NCBI GenBank assembly: GCA_019358935.1
Contig: JAHHIK010000073.1
Span: forward strand, 1-41,552
Direction of reading: 5' to 3'
DNA from: Tolypothrix carrinoi HA7290-LM1
GTDB taxonomy: Bacteria; Cyanobacteriota; Cyanobacteriia; Cyanobacteriales; Nostocaceae
Length of the DNA stretch: 41,552 nt
Of this stretch, positions 1 to 10,022 are shown one piece after another (the stretch's first letter is position 1; each line of letters starts with the position of its first letter). The translations under genes were made by a program, and so were the position numbers. Under the pieces are notes generated by a model. The model saw nothing but the letters and a program-made list of their open reading frames with translations, was not told where the DNA came from and did not search any database.

Positions 1-149
1 TTACTTTCCAATTATCTAATCGAGCAACTAAAACGTCCGGACATTGTTATGTCTATAGTTTAGTTTTTAGGCGCTCGGCGCGGCGCAGCCGCGCCATTGC
101 TTGTGCCAGTTGCGTAAGTCCTGTAATTGTCTGAATATAATTTTTTACT

Positions 150-752
150 ATGCCCTACAGTCAATTTACCATCGGCAAAGTAAAGCAAGATTTTCAATTA
201 ACAACTGTAGAGGGAGTTCGTTTTTTCCCAGATTTGATTGAATCGGTTACTCCAAGTTCGAGACTGCAAGCTATTTTAGAGGATTTACCGTGGGCTTTAG
301 CCGTAGATACAGAGAAAGCGCGTTCAGAGGTGATTATTAATCCTGTATTGCTGGAAGTGCGACGTATTTTCAATCAACAAATCAGCGTGTTTTCAGGAGA
401 AGAGTTTAACGTTGATGCAAGTATTGGACTCAACGGTGTATGTGACTTTATTGTTTGCCGTTCACCGGAACAATTAACAATAGAAGCACCTGCTATTGTT
501 ATTGTTGAGGCGAAAAAATCAGATATAAAATCTGGACTGGGACAATGCATTGCAGAAATGGTAGCTGCACAGCGATTTAATGAAGAAAGAGGGCAACCCT
601 TAACAGCAGTTTACGGTACTGTCAGCAGTGGAACGCAATGGCGATTTCTCAAATTAGAGGGACAAACAGTAACAATTGATTTAATGGATTATTCGCTTCC
701 TCCTATCGAGCAAATTCTCAGCTTTTTGGTGTGGATGGCGAAAATGGGTTAA
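150..752 (+). CDS. PD-(D/E)XK restriction-endonuclease-fold protein (conserved cyanobacterial hypothetical)
   Basis: 200-aa ORF with a GVCDFIV...IVIVEAKK (D...ExK) motif, followed by GLGQCIAEM and YGTVSSGTQWRFL. Confidence 0.65.
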   Translation: MPYSQFTIGKVKQDFQLTTVEGVRFFPDLIESVTPSSRLQAILEDLPWALAVDTEKARSEVIINPVLLEVRRIFNQQISVFSGEEFNVDASIGLNGVCDFIVCRSPEQLTIEAPAIVIVEAKKSDIKSGLGQCIAEMVAAQRFNEERGQPLTAVYGTVSSGTQWRFLKLEGQTVTIDLMDYSLPPIEQILSFLVWMAKMG

Positions 753-889
753 TTTTTATTGAGAAATATTACCCGGTTAAATAACAATCCTCAAAATAAA
801 ATTGCGTGCAGACTTGACAAAAAGCCAATTTATGTATAAAGATGAATTGAAGTACCTTTCGTCCCACATATTCAAGTGGGTAGGAGGCA

Positions 890-2629
890 ATGCATGATTG
901 GCAGTATTTCTTTAACCACGTTGACAATAGTCTAAATGAAGGCGCTTACCGCATCTTTGAGCCAGAATGGAAAGCAGAGATTCTCCACTGGTTCAATCGA
1001 GAAGATGTAGGGAAAAAGCAAAAAGAAGAGTTTATCCAGGCTTTAATAGATTTTGATGATGGGTGCGGTGATTTTTATCGTTATCGCGCTTATTTTCTGG
1101 CTTGTGAGGCTTTAGCATATTTCCCAGATTGTAGTTTGGGCGATCGCATTGTCGAACAGTTGCTGAAATTAAGTTATGCCTATTTCAGACAGGATAAACG
1201 AGATTGGCAAATACTTCCGCAACCGTTGGTGAAGACAGCAATAGAAAGGCTGGAATTAACCGAGAAAAAACGGGTAGTTGCGGCTTTTGTTCAGTTAGTT
1301 CATACTACTGAAAGTCGTACAATTATGCAACTTGCAGCAGAGAAATTAGGGGAAATTGATCCGGGTAATAAAAGCGCGATCGCTGCTTTGTTTTTCTTAA
1401 AGCCACCTGCTGAAGATATACCCACATTCTCTCAGATAAACCCAATTCCAGAGAAAATAGTTTCTGTTGATGAAAATGCAATCGCTGCTGTCATCCACAC
1501 CATAGAGACGACACTTTCTAAGGAGATTTGCTATGATGCGATCGCATCTTTGGGGAAAATTGCTTATGGCAATCAAGCTGCTATTACTGCCCTTGAGAAG
1601 TTCTTGCAGATAAACCAAGGTGATAGAATTTGTTTGGAGGCAGCTACGACACTGTGGAAAATCGATTTAGGTAATGTTGCTGCGCTCAATGCTTTAGTGT
1701 ATATCCTCGAAACTACTGGAAATGCACATCTCCTAGATTGTGCTGCTGCATATTTGCTGGAAATTGATCCAGGTAAGAAAGCTGCAATTGTAGCTTTATT
1801 AAAAGTAATTGAAAATTCTTCAGATCAATCTCTTTGTCGTGTAGCTGCTTTCCACCTGGGAGAATTCGATCCTAGTAACAAAGTAGCGATTAGCACGTTA
1901 TCCCAGATACTTGAAACTTCTCAGCGACAAACTAGTAAGGATGAATGGCAGCAATTCTATGCAGCCAAAAGCTTAATAAAAATCGATCCAGACAATGCGA
2001 AGGCGATCGCTACTTTATCCCAGATGCTGGAAACCTCTGAGCGTCAGTGGATGCGTTTGCAAGCAGCCGAATATTTAGTGCAAATTGAAGACTATCGTCA
2101 ACAAGCGATTAAAGCGCTGTGGGAAGTGATTGACTTACAAGATGAGTATGAAACTCGTAATGCGATCGCTATTTTTGCGAAAATTGACCCCAGTTATCAA
2201 CTTGCAATCAATGCAGAAATTCAACTTCTCAAAACCACACATAATATATCAATTCTAATTGATGCAGTTCAAAATGTAGAAGAATTTAATTTAGGCAACA
2301 AACTGGTGAAAGATAAGTTAAACGAGGTCATCTCTATCCTTATCCGGCTGATTCAAGTTTTTCAGGAATCTGATGAGAATAAAGACGACTTTTACCCCAA
2401 AGCCATCAGTAAACTATCTTATGAATCCTGTCTTTTAGATATAGCTGATAGCTTGACGAAAATCCTAGAAAGCGAACATTTGCCCCAAGTCGTCATCGCG
2501 CTCAAAGAATATCTGAGCGAAAAGTTCTATAAAAACAGTTCTTATCGCTATGAAGCTGTGTTTGACATTATTTGGCATTGTGCGGAAAATATGACTTATC
2601 CAGAGTTCTACAAAGCTTGGCATAGCTGA
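890..2629 (+). CDS. HEAT/PBS-lyase repeat protein
   Basis: Repeated AAxxLGxIDPGNxxAIxAL helical units; GGAGG RBS just upstream of the ATG. Confidence 0.8.
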   Translation: MHDWQYFFNHVDNSLNEGAYRIFEPEWKAEILHWFNREDVGKKQKEEFIQALIDFDDGCGDFYRYRAYFLACEALAYFPDCSLGDRIVEQLLKLSYAYFRQDKRDWQILPQPLVKTAIERLELTEKKRVVAAFVQLVHTTESRTIMQLAAEKLGEIDPGNKSAIAALFFLKPPAEDIPTFSQINPIPEKIVSVDENAIAAVIHTIETTLSKEICYDAIASLGKIAYGNQAAITALEKFLQINQGDRICLEAATTLWKIDLGNVAALNALVYILETTGNAHLLDCAAAYLLEIDPGKKAAIVALLKVIENSSDQSLCRVAAFHLGEFDPSNKVAISTLSQILETSQRQTSKDEWQQFYAAKSLIKIDPDNAKAIATLSQMLETSERQWMRLQAAEYLVQIEDYRQQAIKALWEVIDLQDEYETRNAIAIFAKIDPSYQLAINAEIQLLKTTHNISILIDAVQNVEEFNLGNKLVKDKLNEVISILIRLIQVFQESDENKDDFYPKAISKLSYESCLLDIADSLTKILESEHLPQVVIALKEYLSEKFYKNSSYRYEAVFDIIWHCAENMTYPEFYKAWHS

Positions 2630-2653
2630 TAGAAAGCATCCCGTTTTTTGATG

Positions 2654-2770
2654 CCGACACCCTAGAAGGGTGCGGCTATACAAACGAAGGCTGCCTACGC
2701 AGCCTGAAAACATTATTAGCCCACGAAGGTGGGCTTTGTTCGTGTAGCCCCAGACTTCCAGTCTGAGGGC
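2654..2770. repeat. Short palindromic dispersed repeat (REP-like composite)
   Basis: Hairpins cacccTAGAagggtg and agcccacGAAggtgggct; an inverted copy of the first part lies at about 3339-3375. Confidence 0.7.
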
Positions 2771-2777
2771 TAATTAT

Positions 2778-3206
2778 TCAACCCGAAAACTCTTCGCTCA
2801 TGCGCTGTTCTAAAAGCTCTAATAAAGTATCTACATCCTTACCAATTTGCTCAAAACAATTCGGTGGTGCGGGTGACGGTGCAAACTGAATTAACTTAAC
2901 TTCACCGCTACCAATACTAATCATCACAACTTCAACTTCCGGTTGATAATGCTCAATAATTCCTAACAGTTCCTGAAGCCTATTTTCAACTTTTTCATTT
3001 AGTTTCTCTACCGATTCTTTGGGACAATAAACAAAATGCGGCTTCGGTTGCAAATCAATGCCGATAGTACCCTGAGTGTCACTATTTTCTAACCATAATG
3101 CCCAAGATAACGCCGCCAATTCTAGCTGATTTGCTTTGACAAATTTATCCAACTGGCGACGCCACTTGGTATTTCCTGATTCCGACTGGGTACTACCAAA
3201 CATCAT
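2778..3206 (-). CDS. ccmS: Probable beta-carboxysome assembly chaperone CcmS
   Basis: 142 aa with WRRQLDKFVKANQLELAALSW...IGIDLQPKPHFVYCP, recognised from memory of the family and not verified by search. Confidence 0.65.
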   Translation of the reverse strand: MMFGSTQSESGNTKWRRQLDKFVKANQLELAALSWALWLENSDTQGTIGIDLQPKPHFVYCPKESVEKLNEKVENRLQELLGIIEHYQPEVEVVMISIGSGEVKLIQFAPSPAPPNCFEQIGKDVDTLLELLEQRMSEEFSG

Positions 3207-3269
3207 AAGAATTTTAGATTTTGGATTTTAGATTTTGGATTGTAAACAAGCAAAATTTCGTGTATCATT

Positions 3270-3375
3270 AGTCCGCGTAGGCGGTGAGACAGCGCTGCGG
3301 GAGGGTTTCCCTCCGCAGGCGACTGCGAACCCGAAGGGACTTTGTTCGTATAGCCGCACCCTTCTAGGGTGTCGG
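3270..3375. repeat. Palindromic dispersed repeat with nested 54-nt insert
   Basis: gtccgcgtaggcgg|insert 3285-3338|actttg...cacccttctagggtgtcgg, which is the reverse complement of the 2654 copy. Confidence 0.7.
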
Positions 3376-3399
3376 TGTCTTGGCGTCTCTGTCCGAAAC

Positions 3400-5208
3400 T
3401 CATTTTAAACCAGATTGTACACGCCAGAGACTTTCATAAATGCCATTTTTCTCTAGCAATTGTTCATGGGTTCCGGATTCTACTAATTTTCCATGTTCCA
3501 TGACATAAATGCAATCGGCATTGCGAATGGTGGAAAGTCGATGAGCGATCGCTATCGTTGTTCTATTTTCTGTAATTCGTTCGAGCGATCGCTGAATTGC
3601 GGCTTCTGTTTCATTATCCACCGCTGAGGTAGCTTCGTCTAAAATTAAAATGGGTGGATTTTTCAAAACTGCGCGAGCGATCGCAATTCGTTGTCTTTGT
3701 CCACCAGATAGCTTTTGTCCGCGTTCTCCGACAATTGTCTCATAATCTTGAGGCAATCGCGTAATAAATTCGTGAGCTTCGGCAATTTTCGCTGCGGTGA
3801 TTATTTCTTTTTCAGTGGCATCAAAGCTGCCATAAGCGATATTTTCTGCTACAGTACCATGAAATAAAAATACATCTTGACTTACCAAGCCAATGCAGCG
3901 GCGTAAATCTCGCAAATTCAAGTCTTGTAACTCTATACCATCAACGGTGATGTTTCCCGATCGCACTTCGTAAAACCGTAACAAAAGTTTGACTAAAGTG
4001 CTTTTACCGGAACCAGTAGAACCAACAATTGCAATTGTTTTTCCTGCGGGAATATGTAATGATAAATTCTCAATTATCGGTTGTCTATCTTGATAAGCAA
4101 AACTGACATTTTTAAATTCTACATCGCCGCGTACCGTCTCAACAGGTAAAGACACATTTCCTGGATGAATGGCGATTTGTGTCGCCAATAAATCCATGAT
4201 GCGATTAGTAGAAGCCATTGCTCGTTGATATAAATCAAAAGTATCTCCCAATCGAGTTAGGGGCCATAATAAAAGCTGAACTAAAAACACTAAAACGCTG
4301 TAAGTTCCTACAGACATTCTTCCAGCAACAGCTTCCATACCGCCAAATATGAGCAAGACTGTGAAAGCTGTTAAAATCAACATCCGAATCAATGGTATAA
4401 AGGCAGCAGAGAGAGCGATCGCTTTTGTATTACTTTGCCGATAAGCTTGACTATCTGCTCTTAAACGTGCCTTTTCATAATCTTCAGCCGTAAAACTTTT
4501 AATCGTAGTAATACCGCTGATATTATTAGATAACCTTCCATTGAGTAAGCCTACCTTTTCTCGCACATCAGCATAGCGCGGTGCCAGCAATTTTTGGAAA
4601 GCAACCGAACCTAAAACGATAAATGGCATCGGTAATATTGCCATCCACGCTACACTACGAGCTAGAATAAAGAAAGCACCACCAATAACTACAATAGTTG
4701 TTAGAACTTGGATAATGTCATTTGCTCCCACATCCAAAAAGCGCTCTAATTGGTTAACATCATCACTGAGGATAGACATTAAACCACCAGTACTGCGTTC
4801 TTCAAAAAAAGCCAATTCCAACTCTTGCAAATGGCTGTAAGCATCCAAACGCAAATTATGCTGAATACTCTGCGCCAAATTGCGCCATAACAAGTTGTAG
4901 AAGTATTGAAAAACCGATTCTAAAATCCAAGTAACGGCAGTCAGGAACGCTAGAATCAAAAATTGCCCAAAGGTATCTTTTACTCCCAGCTGTGCAATAA
5001 TAGAATCTTGCTTTTTTACGACCACATCCAAAGCAATACCAATTAAAGCTGGTGGTGCTAAATCGAAAACTTTATTGAGAATAGAACAAACACTAGCTAA
5101 CCAAATTTGTTGACGATATTCATGTCCATAATCAAGCAAGCGTTGGAAAGGATGTACTGAATTTCCACGCCTTTTTAACATCTGACGAGATTTTAATACA
5201 GTAGACAC
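3400..5208 (-). CDS. ABC transporter, fused permease and ATPase (ABCB/MsbA-like)
   Basis: N-terminal TM helices, Walker [18 protein letters not shown] signature, Walker [14 protein letters not shown]. Confidence 0.95.
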   Translation of the reverse strand: MSTVLKSRQMLKRRGNSVHPFQRLLDYGHEYRQQIWLASVCSILNKVFDLAPPALIGIALDVVVKKQDSIIAQLGVKDTFGQFLILAFLTAVTWILESVFQYFYNLLWRNLAQSIQHNLRLDAYSHLQELELAFFEERSTGGLMSILSDDVNQLERFLDVGANDIIQVLTTIVVIGGAFFILARSVAWMAILPMPFIVLGSVAFQKLLAPRYADVREKVGLLNGRLSNNISGITTIKSFTAEDYEKARLRADSQAYRQSNTKAIALSAAFIPLIRMLILTAFTVLLIFGGMEAVAGRMSVGTYSVLVFLVQLLLWPLTRLGDTFDLYQRAMASTNRIMDLLATQIAIHPGNVSLPVETVRGDVEFKNVSFAYQDRQPIIENLSLHIPAGKTIAIVGSTGSGKSTLVKLLLRFYEVRSGNITVDGIELQDLNLRDLRRCIGLVSQDVFLFHGTVAENIAYGSFDATEKEIITAAKIAEAHEFITRLPQDYETIVGERGQKLSGGQRQRIAIARAVLKNPPILILDEATSAVDNETEAAIQRSLERITENRTTIAIAHRLSTIRNADCIYVMEHGKLVESGTHEQLLEKNGIYESLWRVQSGLK

Positions 5209-5376
5209 AGCCGTTCGCAGTTAAGTGAGCATTGATATTAGCACGTTAGAAAGGCTTGAGTCTTGACTCTTAGGTAGAGTTATGAAAATGGAAGACTTTC
5301 TGTAACTGATGATACTCTTGAGCTAGCAGAAGGTAGTATTTTACTTATTTATCGGTATGAAGGAAGGAGAAAAAAT

Positions 5377-6225
5377 TTGAAAAATCAGCAATTGGGGAAT
5401 TGGCAAACGATAGTAGCCGGATTTTTAGCGGCAATAATTGTTATTATCAGCTTGAATGCTTTTATCATTATTAACCCAGGACAAGCAGCCGTGATTAGTA
5501 TCTTGGGTAAAGCCAGAGATGGTGCTTTAGTAGAAGGTATCCACCTGAAACCGCCTTTCATCTCAGTAATAGATGTGTATGATTTGACAGTGCAAAAATT
5601 TGAAGTGCCGGCAGAAAGTTCTACTAAGGATCTGCAAAATTTAACTGCGAGATTTGCGATCAACTTTCGTCTCGATCCCGTAAAGGTAGTAGAAGTAAGA
5701 AGGAAACAAGGAACTTTAGAGAATATAGTTTCAAAAATCATTGCTCCCCAGACACAAGAAGCGTTTAAAATAGCGGCTGCAAAAAGAACAGTAGAAGAAG
5801 CAATTACCAAAAGAACTGAGTTAAAAGAAGACTTTGATAATGCGTTAAGCGATCGCCTAGACAAATATGGAATAATAGTATTAGATACAAGTGTAGTTGA
5901 CTTAACCTTTTCGCCAGAATTTGCCAGAGCAGTTGAGGAAAAACAAATTGCGGAACAACGAGCGCAAAGAGCGGTCTACATAGCAAAAGAAGCCGAACAA
6001 GAAGCGCAAGCAGAAATTAATCGTGCCAAAGGCAAAGCCGAAGCTCAAAGACTCTTAGCAGAGACTCTCAAAGCTCAAGGAGGGCAATTGGTTCTACAAA
6101 AAGAAGCCATTGAAGCTTGGAAAACCGGTGGTGCTCAAATGCCCAAAGTCCTGGTTATGAGTGGAGATTCTAAGAGTAGCGTACCTTTCCTCTTCAATAT
6201 GGGCAATCTTCAAAATGAATCCTGA
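5377..6225 (+). CDS. Prohibitin/SPFH family protein
   Basis: N-terminal TM segment, SSTKDLQ, FSPEFARAVEEKQIAEQ coiled coil; TTG start after an AAGGAG RBS. Confidence 0.92.
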   Translation: MKNQQLGNWQTIVAGFLAAIIVIISLNAFIIINPGQAAVISILGKARDGALVEGIHLKPPFISVIDVYDLTVQKFEVPAESSTKDLQNLTARFAINFRLDPVKVVEVRRKQGTLENIVSKIIAPQTQEAFKIAAAKRTVEEAITKRTELKEDFDNALSDRLDKYGIIVLDTSVVDLTFSPEFARAVEEKQIAEQRAQRAVYIAKEAEQEAQAEINRAKGKAEAQRLLAETLKAQGGQLVLQKEAIEAWKTGGAQMPKVLVMSGDSKSSVPFLFNMGNLQNES

Positions 6226-6313
6226 TGTAAGGTAATGACCATCTAAAATTTACACAGGAGCGATCGTCAACTAAAATACAACCATAAACACCAAGGACAT
6301 AATAAACATATTT

Positions 6314-6730
6314 ATGTCAACACCCAATCACACGAATCTCACTGTCTCAGAAGCGAAAAAAATCCTGAATAAATTCAACTGTCTGGATATCGCACCTGTT
6401 GTCAAGCCATCAGAAAAAGTTTTAATCCGTCAGGCATTACTTTTGCTAACCAGCCTTTCTGATTATCAAATTTTAGGAATTTGCGCTGATACAGAAGAAG
6501 AAGGGATGCTTGCCACGAGAACTTATTCCCAAGCTTTGGGTTATGAAGTACCGAGTAATTTACCCCCAATTGAAGGTCCAGTTTACGTCAAATTAAACGG
6601 CAAAAACGGCTTGTGTTATCTCGATTCCTACGCAGGACATCATCGAGGCGTATTGGTGTCTTGCCAATCTTACAATGAAAAGGGAATCAACGAAATGTAT
6701 GGACATTTGCCCTTGGATTTATTTGTATAA
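6314..6730 (+). CDS. DUF1824 family protein
   Basis: SDYQILGICAD, GPVYVKLNG, RGVLVSCQ and YGHLPLDLF motifs. Confidence 0.8.
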   Translation: MSTPNHTNLTVSEAKKILNKFNCLDIAPVVKPSEKVLIRQALLLLTSLSDYQILGICADTEEEGMLATRTYSQALGYEVPSNLPPIEGPVYVKLNGKNGLCYLDSYAGHHRGVLVSCQSYNEKGINEMYGHLPLDLFV

Positions 6731-6742
6731 ACTTCATCAAAA

Positions 6743-6895
6743 GTAGGATGGGCAATGCTCATCCTACTCACTAATAACTTTCGTACAGACGTTCCACCGG
6801 AACGTCTCTACCGCTCCTCCTAACTCTTAACAACTAACTACTATCCAATAACTCTTAACTCCTAACTCCTAACTCCTAACTCTTAACTCCTAACC
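6743..6895. repeat. Two GTAG-type REP-like hairpins plus a TAACTCC/T heptamer tract
   Basis: gtaggatgggcaatgctcatcctac (6743-6767), gtacagacgttccaccggaacgtctctac (6783-6811), then a (taactcc)n tract. Confidence 0.75.
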
Positions 6896-6901
6896 AATTA
6901 C

Positions 6902-8806
6902 ATGAGTATTATTACATTACAATCAATCAATAAAGATTTTGGCATCAAAGAAATTTTAAAAGATGCCAGCTTTAGTCTTGATGCAACTGATAAAGTAGGC
7001 TTAATTGGCACTAACGGTTCTGGCAAATCAACATTATTAAAAATGATTGCCGGACTAGAAACGCTTGATAGCGGTCAAATTTTAGTTAATAATTCTAAAA
7101 TTATCTATCTTCCCCAGCAACCAGACTTAGACGAAAATCGCACAGTTTTAGAGCAAGTTTTTGCTGACAGCGGTGAACAAATGGCTTTGGTGCGCGAGTA
7201 TGAAGAACTTTCTGATAAATTAGCTCACAATTCAGAAGATAATCAGTTAATGTCCCGCTTGTCTGTAGTAATGCAGCAGATGGAAGCGACTGGTGCTTGG
7301 GAGTTAGAAACTAACGCCAAAATCATCCTGACAAAGTTAGGAATTTCCGACTTTAACGCGACTATCGGCACATTATCTGGAGGCTATCGCAAGCGCATTG
7401 CCTTAGCAACAGCTTTGCTCTCAGAACCGGATGTTTTACTCATGGATGAGCCGACAAACCATTTAGATGCTCTTTCTGTAGAATGGTTGCAAAGTTACTT
7501 AAATCGTTTTCGCGGCGCACTTTTATTAATAACTCACGATCGCTACTTTTTAGATCGCGTTACCAATCGTATCATAGAAATTGACCGAGGCGACATTTAC
7601 ACATACGCAGGTAACTACTCATACTATCTAGAAAAGAAAGCTTTAGCTGAAGAATCTGCTGTTAGCAGTCAACGCAAACATCAAGGTGTATTGCGACGCG
7701 AATTAGAATGGCTAAAAAAAGGACCCAAAGCCAGAAGTACAAAGCAAAGAGCGAGAATCGATCGCGTTCATGCGATGCAAGAAACTGAGTTTAAACAAAT
7801 TCAGGGTAAAGTAGATATTTCTACAGTTGGTCGTCGCATCGGCAAAAAAGTTATTGAACTAAATAATATATCCAAAGCATACAACGGACGCACTTTAATT
7901 AAAGATTTTACCTACAATTTTAGTCCAGAAGACCGCATCGGCATTATTGGTGGTAACGGTGCAGGTAAATCCACTTTAATGGATATTATCACCAAACGCA
8001 TTCAGCCAGATTCCGGGAATGTAGAAATTGGTTCTACAATTCACATCGGCTATTTTGACCAGCATTCGGAAGAATTACTCACAGCGTTAGACGAAAATCA
8101 GCGCGTAATTGACTATATCAAAGAAGAAGGAGAATTTGTCAAAATTTCTGACGGAACACAAATTACAGCTTCGCAAATGTTGGAGCGCTTTTTGTTTCCC
8201 GGAAACCAGCAATATTCACCAATTCATAAACTTTCTGGTGGTGAAAAACGACGTTTATTTTTGTTGCGTGTTCTCATGAGCGCACCTAACGTGTTGATTC
8301 TCGATGAACCGACAAACGATTTAGATGTGCAAACATTAGCAGTGCTAGAAGAATATTTAGAAGATTTCTCTGGCTGTGTAATTGTAGTTTCTCACGATCG
8401 CTACTTTTTAGACAGAACAATTGACAAAATTTTCGCTTTGGAAGATAACGGTAATTTACGTGAATATCCCGGTAACTACTCAATTTATCTCGACTACAAA
8501 AAAGCCGAAGAAACTGCACTACAACAAATTGCTCCTGCTAAAGAAAAGCCGAAAATAGATGCTGAACCGAAAAATACAGAGAATAAAAAGCGTCGCATAT
8601 CCACTTGGGAAAAGCGAGAATTTGAGCAATTGGAAGGGAAAATTGCTCAGTTAGAAGACGAGAAAGCAGAAGTAGAAAAAGCGTTGACAAACGTTGCACC
8701 AGGGAATTATACTCAAGTGCAGAAATTGTACGATCGAGTGGAAGAACTCAAGCAAGCGATCGATGTAGCGACTGAACGGTGGATGGAATTAGCAGAGATG
8801 GATTGA
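6902..8806 (+). CDS. ABC-F family ATPase (Uup-like)
   Basis: Two NBDs (GTNGSGKST and GGNGAGKST, LSGG, DEPTN), KARSTKQ linker, C-terminal coiled coil, no TM segments. Confidence 0.93.
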   Translation: MSIITLQSINKDFGIKEILKDASFSLDATDKVGLIGTNGSGKSTLLKMIAGLETLDSGQILVNNSKIIYLPQQPDLDENRTVLEQVFADSGEQMALVREYEELSDKLAHNSEDNQLMSRLSVVMQQMEATGAWELETNAKIILTKLGISDFNATIGTLSGGYRKRIALATALLSEPDVLLMDEPTNHLDALSVEWLQSYLNRFRGALLLITHDRYFLDRVTNRIIEIDRGDIYTYAGNYSYYLEKKALAEESAVSSQRKHQGVLRRELEWLKKGPKARSTKQRARIDRVHAMQETEFKQIQGKVDISTVGRRIGKKVIELNNISKAYNGRTLIKDFTYNFSPEDRIGIIGGNGAGKSTLMDIITKRIQPDSGNVEIGSTIHIGYFDQHSEELLTALDENQRVIDYIKEEGEFVKISDGTQITASQMLERFLFPGNQQYSPIHKLSGGEKRRLFLLRVLMSAPNVLILDEPTNDLDVQTLAVLEEYLEDFSGCVIVVSHDRYFLDRTIDKIFALEDNGNLREYPGNYSIYLDYKKAEETALQQIAPAKEKPKIDAEPKNTENKKRRISTWEKREFEQLEGKIAQLEDEKAEVEKALTNVAPGNYTQVQKLYDRVEELKQAIDVATERWMELAEMD

Positions 8807-8812
8807 GAGAAT

Positions 8813-9013
8813 TATAGCGCTTTGCAGTTGAGTCCAATACAGACCTAACCCCCAACCCCTTCCCTACGAGGGAAGGGGAGTAAGACTTAAAGCCTCTCCA
8901 GTAATAAAAGCTGCTCCTCTTCCCTCCCCTTGTAGGGGAGGGTTAGGGAGAGGTAGGAGAGAGGTTTGGAGAGAGGTCACGCATTGTACTGCACCCAAGC
9001 GAGAACCGCTATA
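8813..9013. mobile_element. MITE-like element with TATAGCG...CGCTATA terminal inverted repeats and internal hairpin cargo
   Basis: Imperfect terminal IRs; internal ccccttccctacgagggaagggg hairpin; the same shell occurs at 12141-12247. Confidence 0.65.
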
Positions 9014-9107
9014 AATTCCACCGACGAGGATGTTTGCGGATATAGGCTAATAATTCTTCTCGTGTCACATTTATGGCTAAAGTCGAATTTAATAAGCATT
9101 TAGGCAT

Positions 9108-9333
9108 TTGACTTACTCAAAATGCCTTTTGACTTTCTCATTTCGGTGTTTTCCGCAAGCAAAATCAGCTTTGACTTTCTCAAAATGCCTTTTGACTTTC
9201 TCATTTTGGTGTTTTCCGCAAGCAAAATCAGCTTTGACTTTCTCAAACCCCAGTTTGCTTTCTCATTTTGGTGTTTTCCGCAAGCAAAATCAGCTTTGAC
9301 TTTCTCAAACCCCAGTTTGCTTTCTCATTTTCC
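9108..9333. repeat. Tandem repeat of about 3.5 copies of a 62-63 bp unit built from about 21-bp subunits
   Basis: ttgactttctcaaa...ggtgttttccgcaagcaaaatcagct repeated head to tail. Confidence 0.9.
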
Positions 9334-9623
9334 TTCATTCACGCAGTCATCACAACTATCGCTAATGCGATCGCTTGCCGATGCATTTAAAAACACTTGG
9401 ATGCAGTTCCACAACACCCCTCTCCTTAACAAAGGGAAGGGGGTGAGGTTTTATGTATCTCACTCAACCGAGAATCGTTATAGTTGAGGGATTTTGGCGT
9501 TAGTATAAATAAAATCGACAAGCGATCGCGCTATTGACTATCTTTCTTTTGACCGGAATCGTCAAATCTGAAAGTGTAATCTATATTAATCTATATGTAG
9601 ATGACGCGACTTTGGAGGTTAAA

Positions 9624-10022
9624 ATGACAGGCGAACCGATTATTAAATTCACCTTTGCCATTTCAGATCCAGAGTTAGATGATGAGAGACGACAAAAAAT
9701 AGCGAACAAGCTGCTACGGGAAATCCGGGATTTGGATGAGGTTGAGAAGGCAGACCGCACGGAAGATTTGAACCCGGAAGCGGGAAGTAAGCCATTGTTT
9801 ACCACTTTGATCGGAGTGCTGACGGCTGAAGTAAGCATGAAGAATGTCAAAAGCTTTTTGAGTTTTTTGGGCGATCGCTTGGGTGATAAGCCGATGAAAA
9901 TTAGTGTCAAAGTTGGAGATAAAGAAGTCAACATTGAAGCTAAAAGCCGAAAAGAGCTATTAGAGAGTGAGAAAATAGCAAAAGAGCTTTTGGCTGCAAT
10001 GGGTGATGGCAAAAATGCCTAA
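9624..10022 (+). CDS. EACC1-like (effector-associated constant component) small protein
   Basis: GGAGG RBS at 9614; pattern DPELDDE...LLREIRDLDEVE...GSK...LIGVL...ISVKVGDKEVNIEA; overlaps the start of the caspase gene. Confidence 0.6.
   Translation: MTGEPIIKFTFAISDPELDDERRQKIANKLLREIRDLDEVEKADRTEDLNPEAGSKPLFTTLIGVLTAEVSMKNVKSFLSFLGDRLGDKPMKISVKVGDKEVNIEAKSRKELLESEKIAKELLAAMGDGKNA

Noticed and set aside
103..123. MITE end tgcgtaagtcct (similar at about 19140-19151)
   Set aside because: No partner end is visible in the window, so no element can be delimited.
814..840. TTGACA...TATAAA promoter for the HEAT gene
   Set aside because: The spacer is only 15 nt, so it is not supportable without TSS data.
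9108..9333. Possible CRISPR array
   Set aside because: The units are contiguous, the intervening parts are repeated rather than unique spacers, and no cas genes are nearby.
9108..9487. ORFs spanning the 63-bp tandem repeat
   Set aside because: They are open only because of repeat periodicity; the frame shifts at the 62-bp unit and no RBS is evident.
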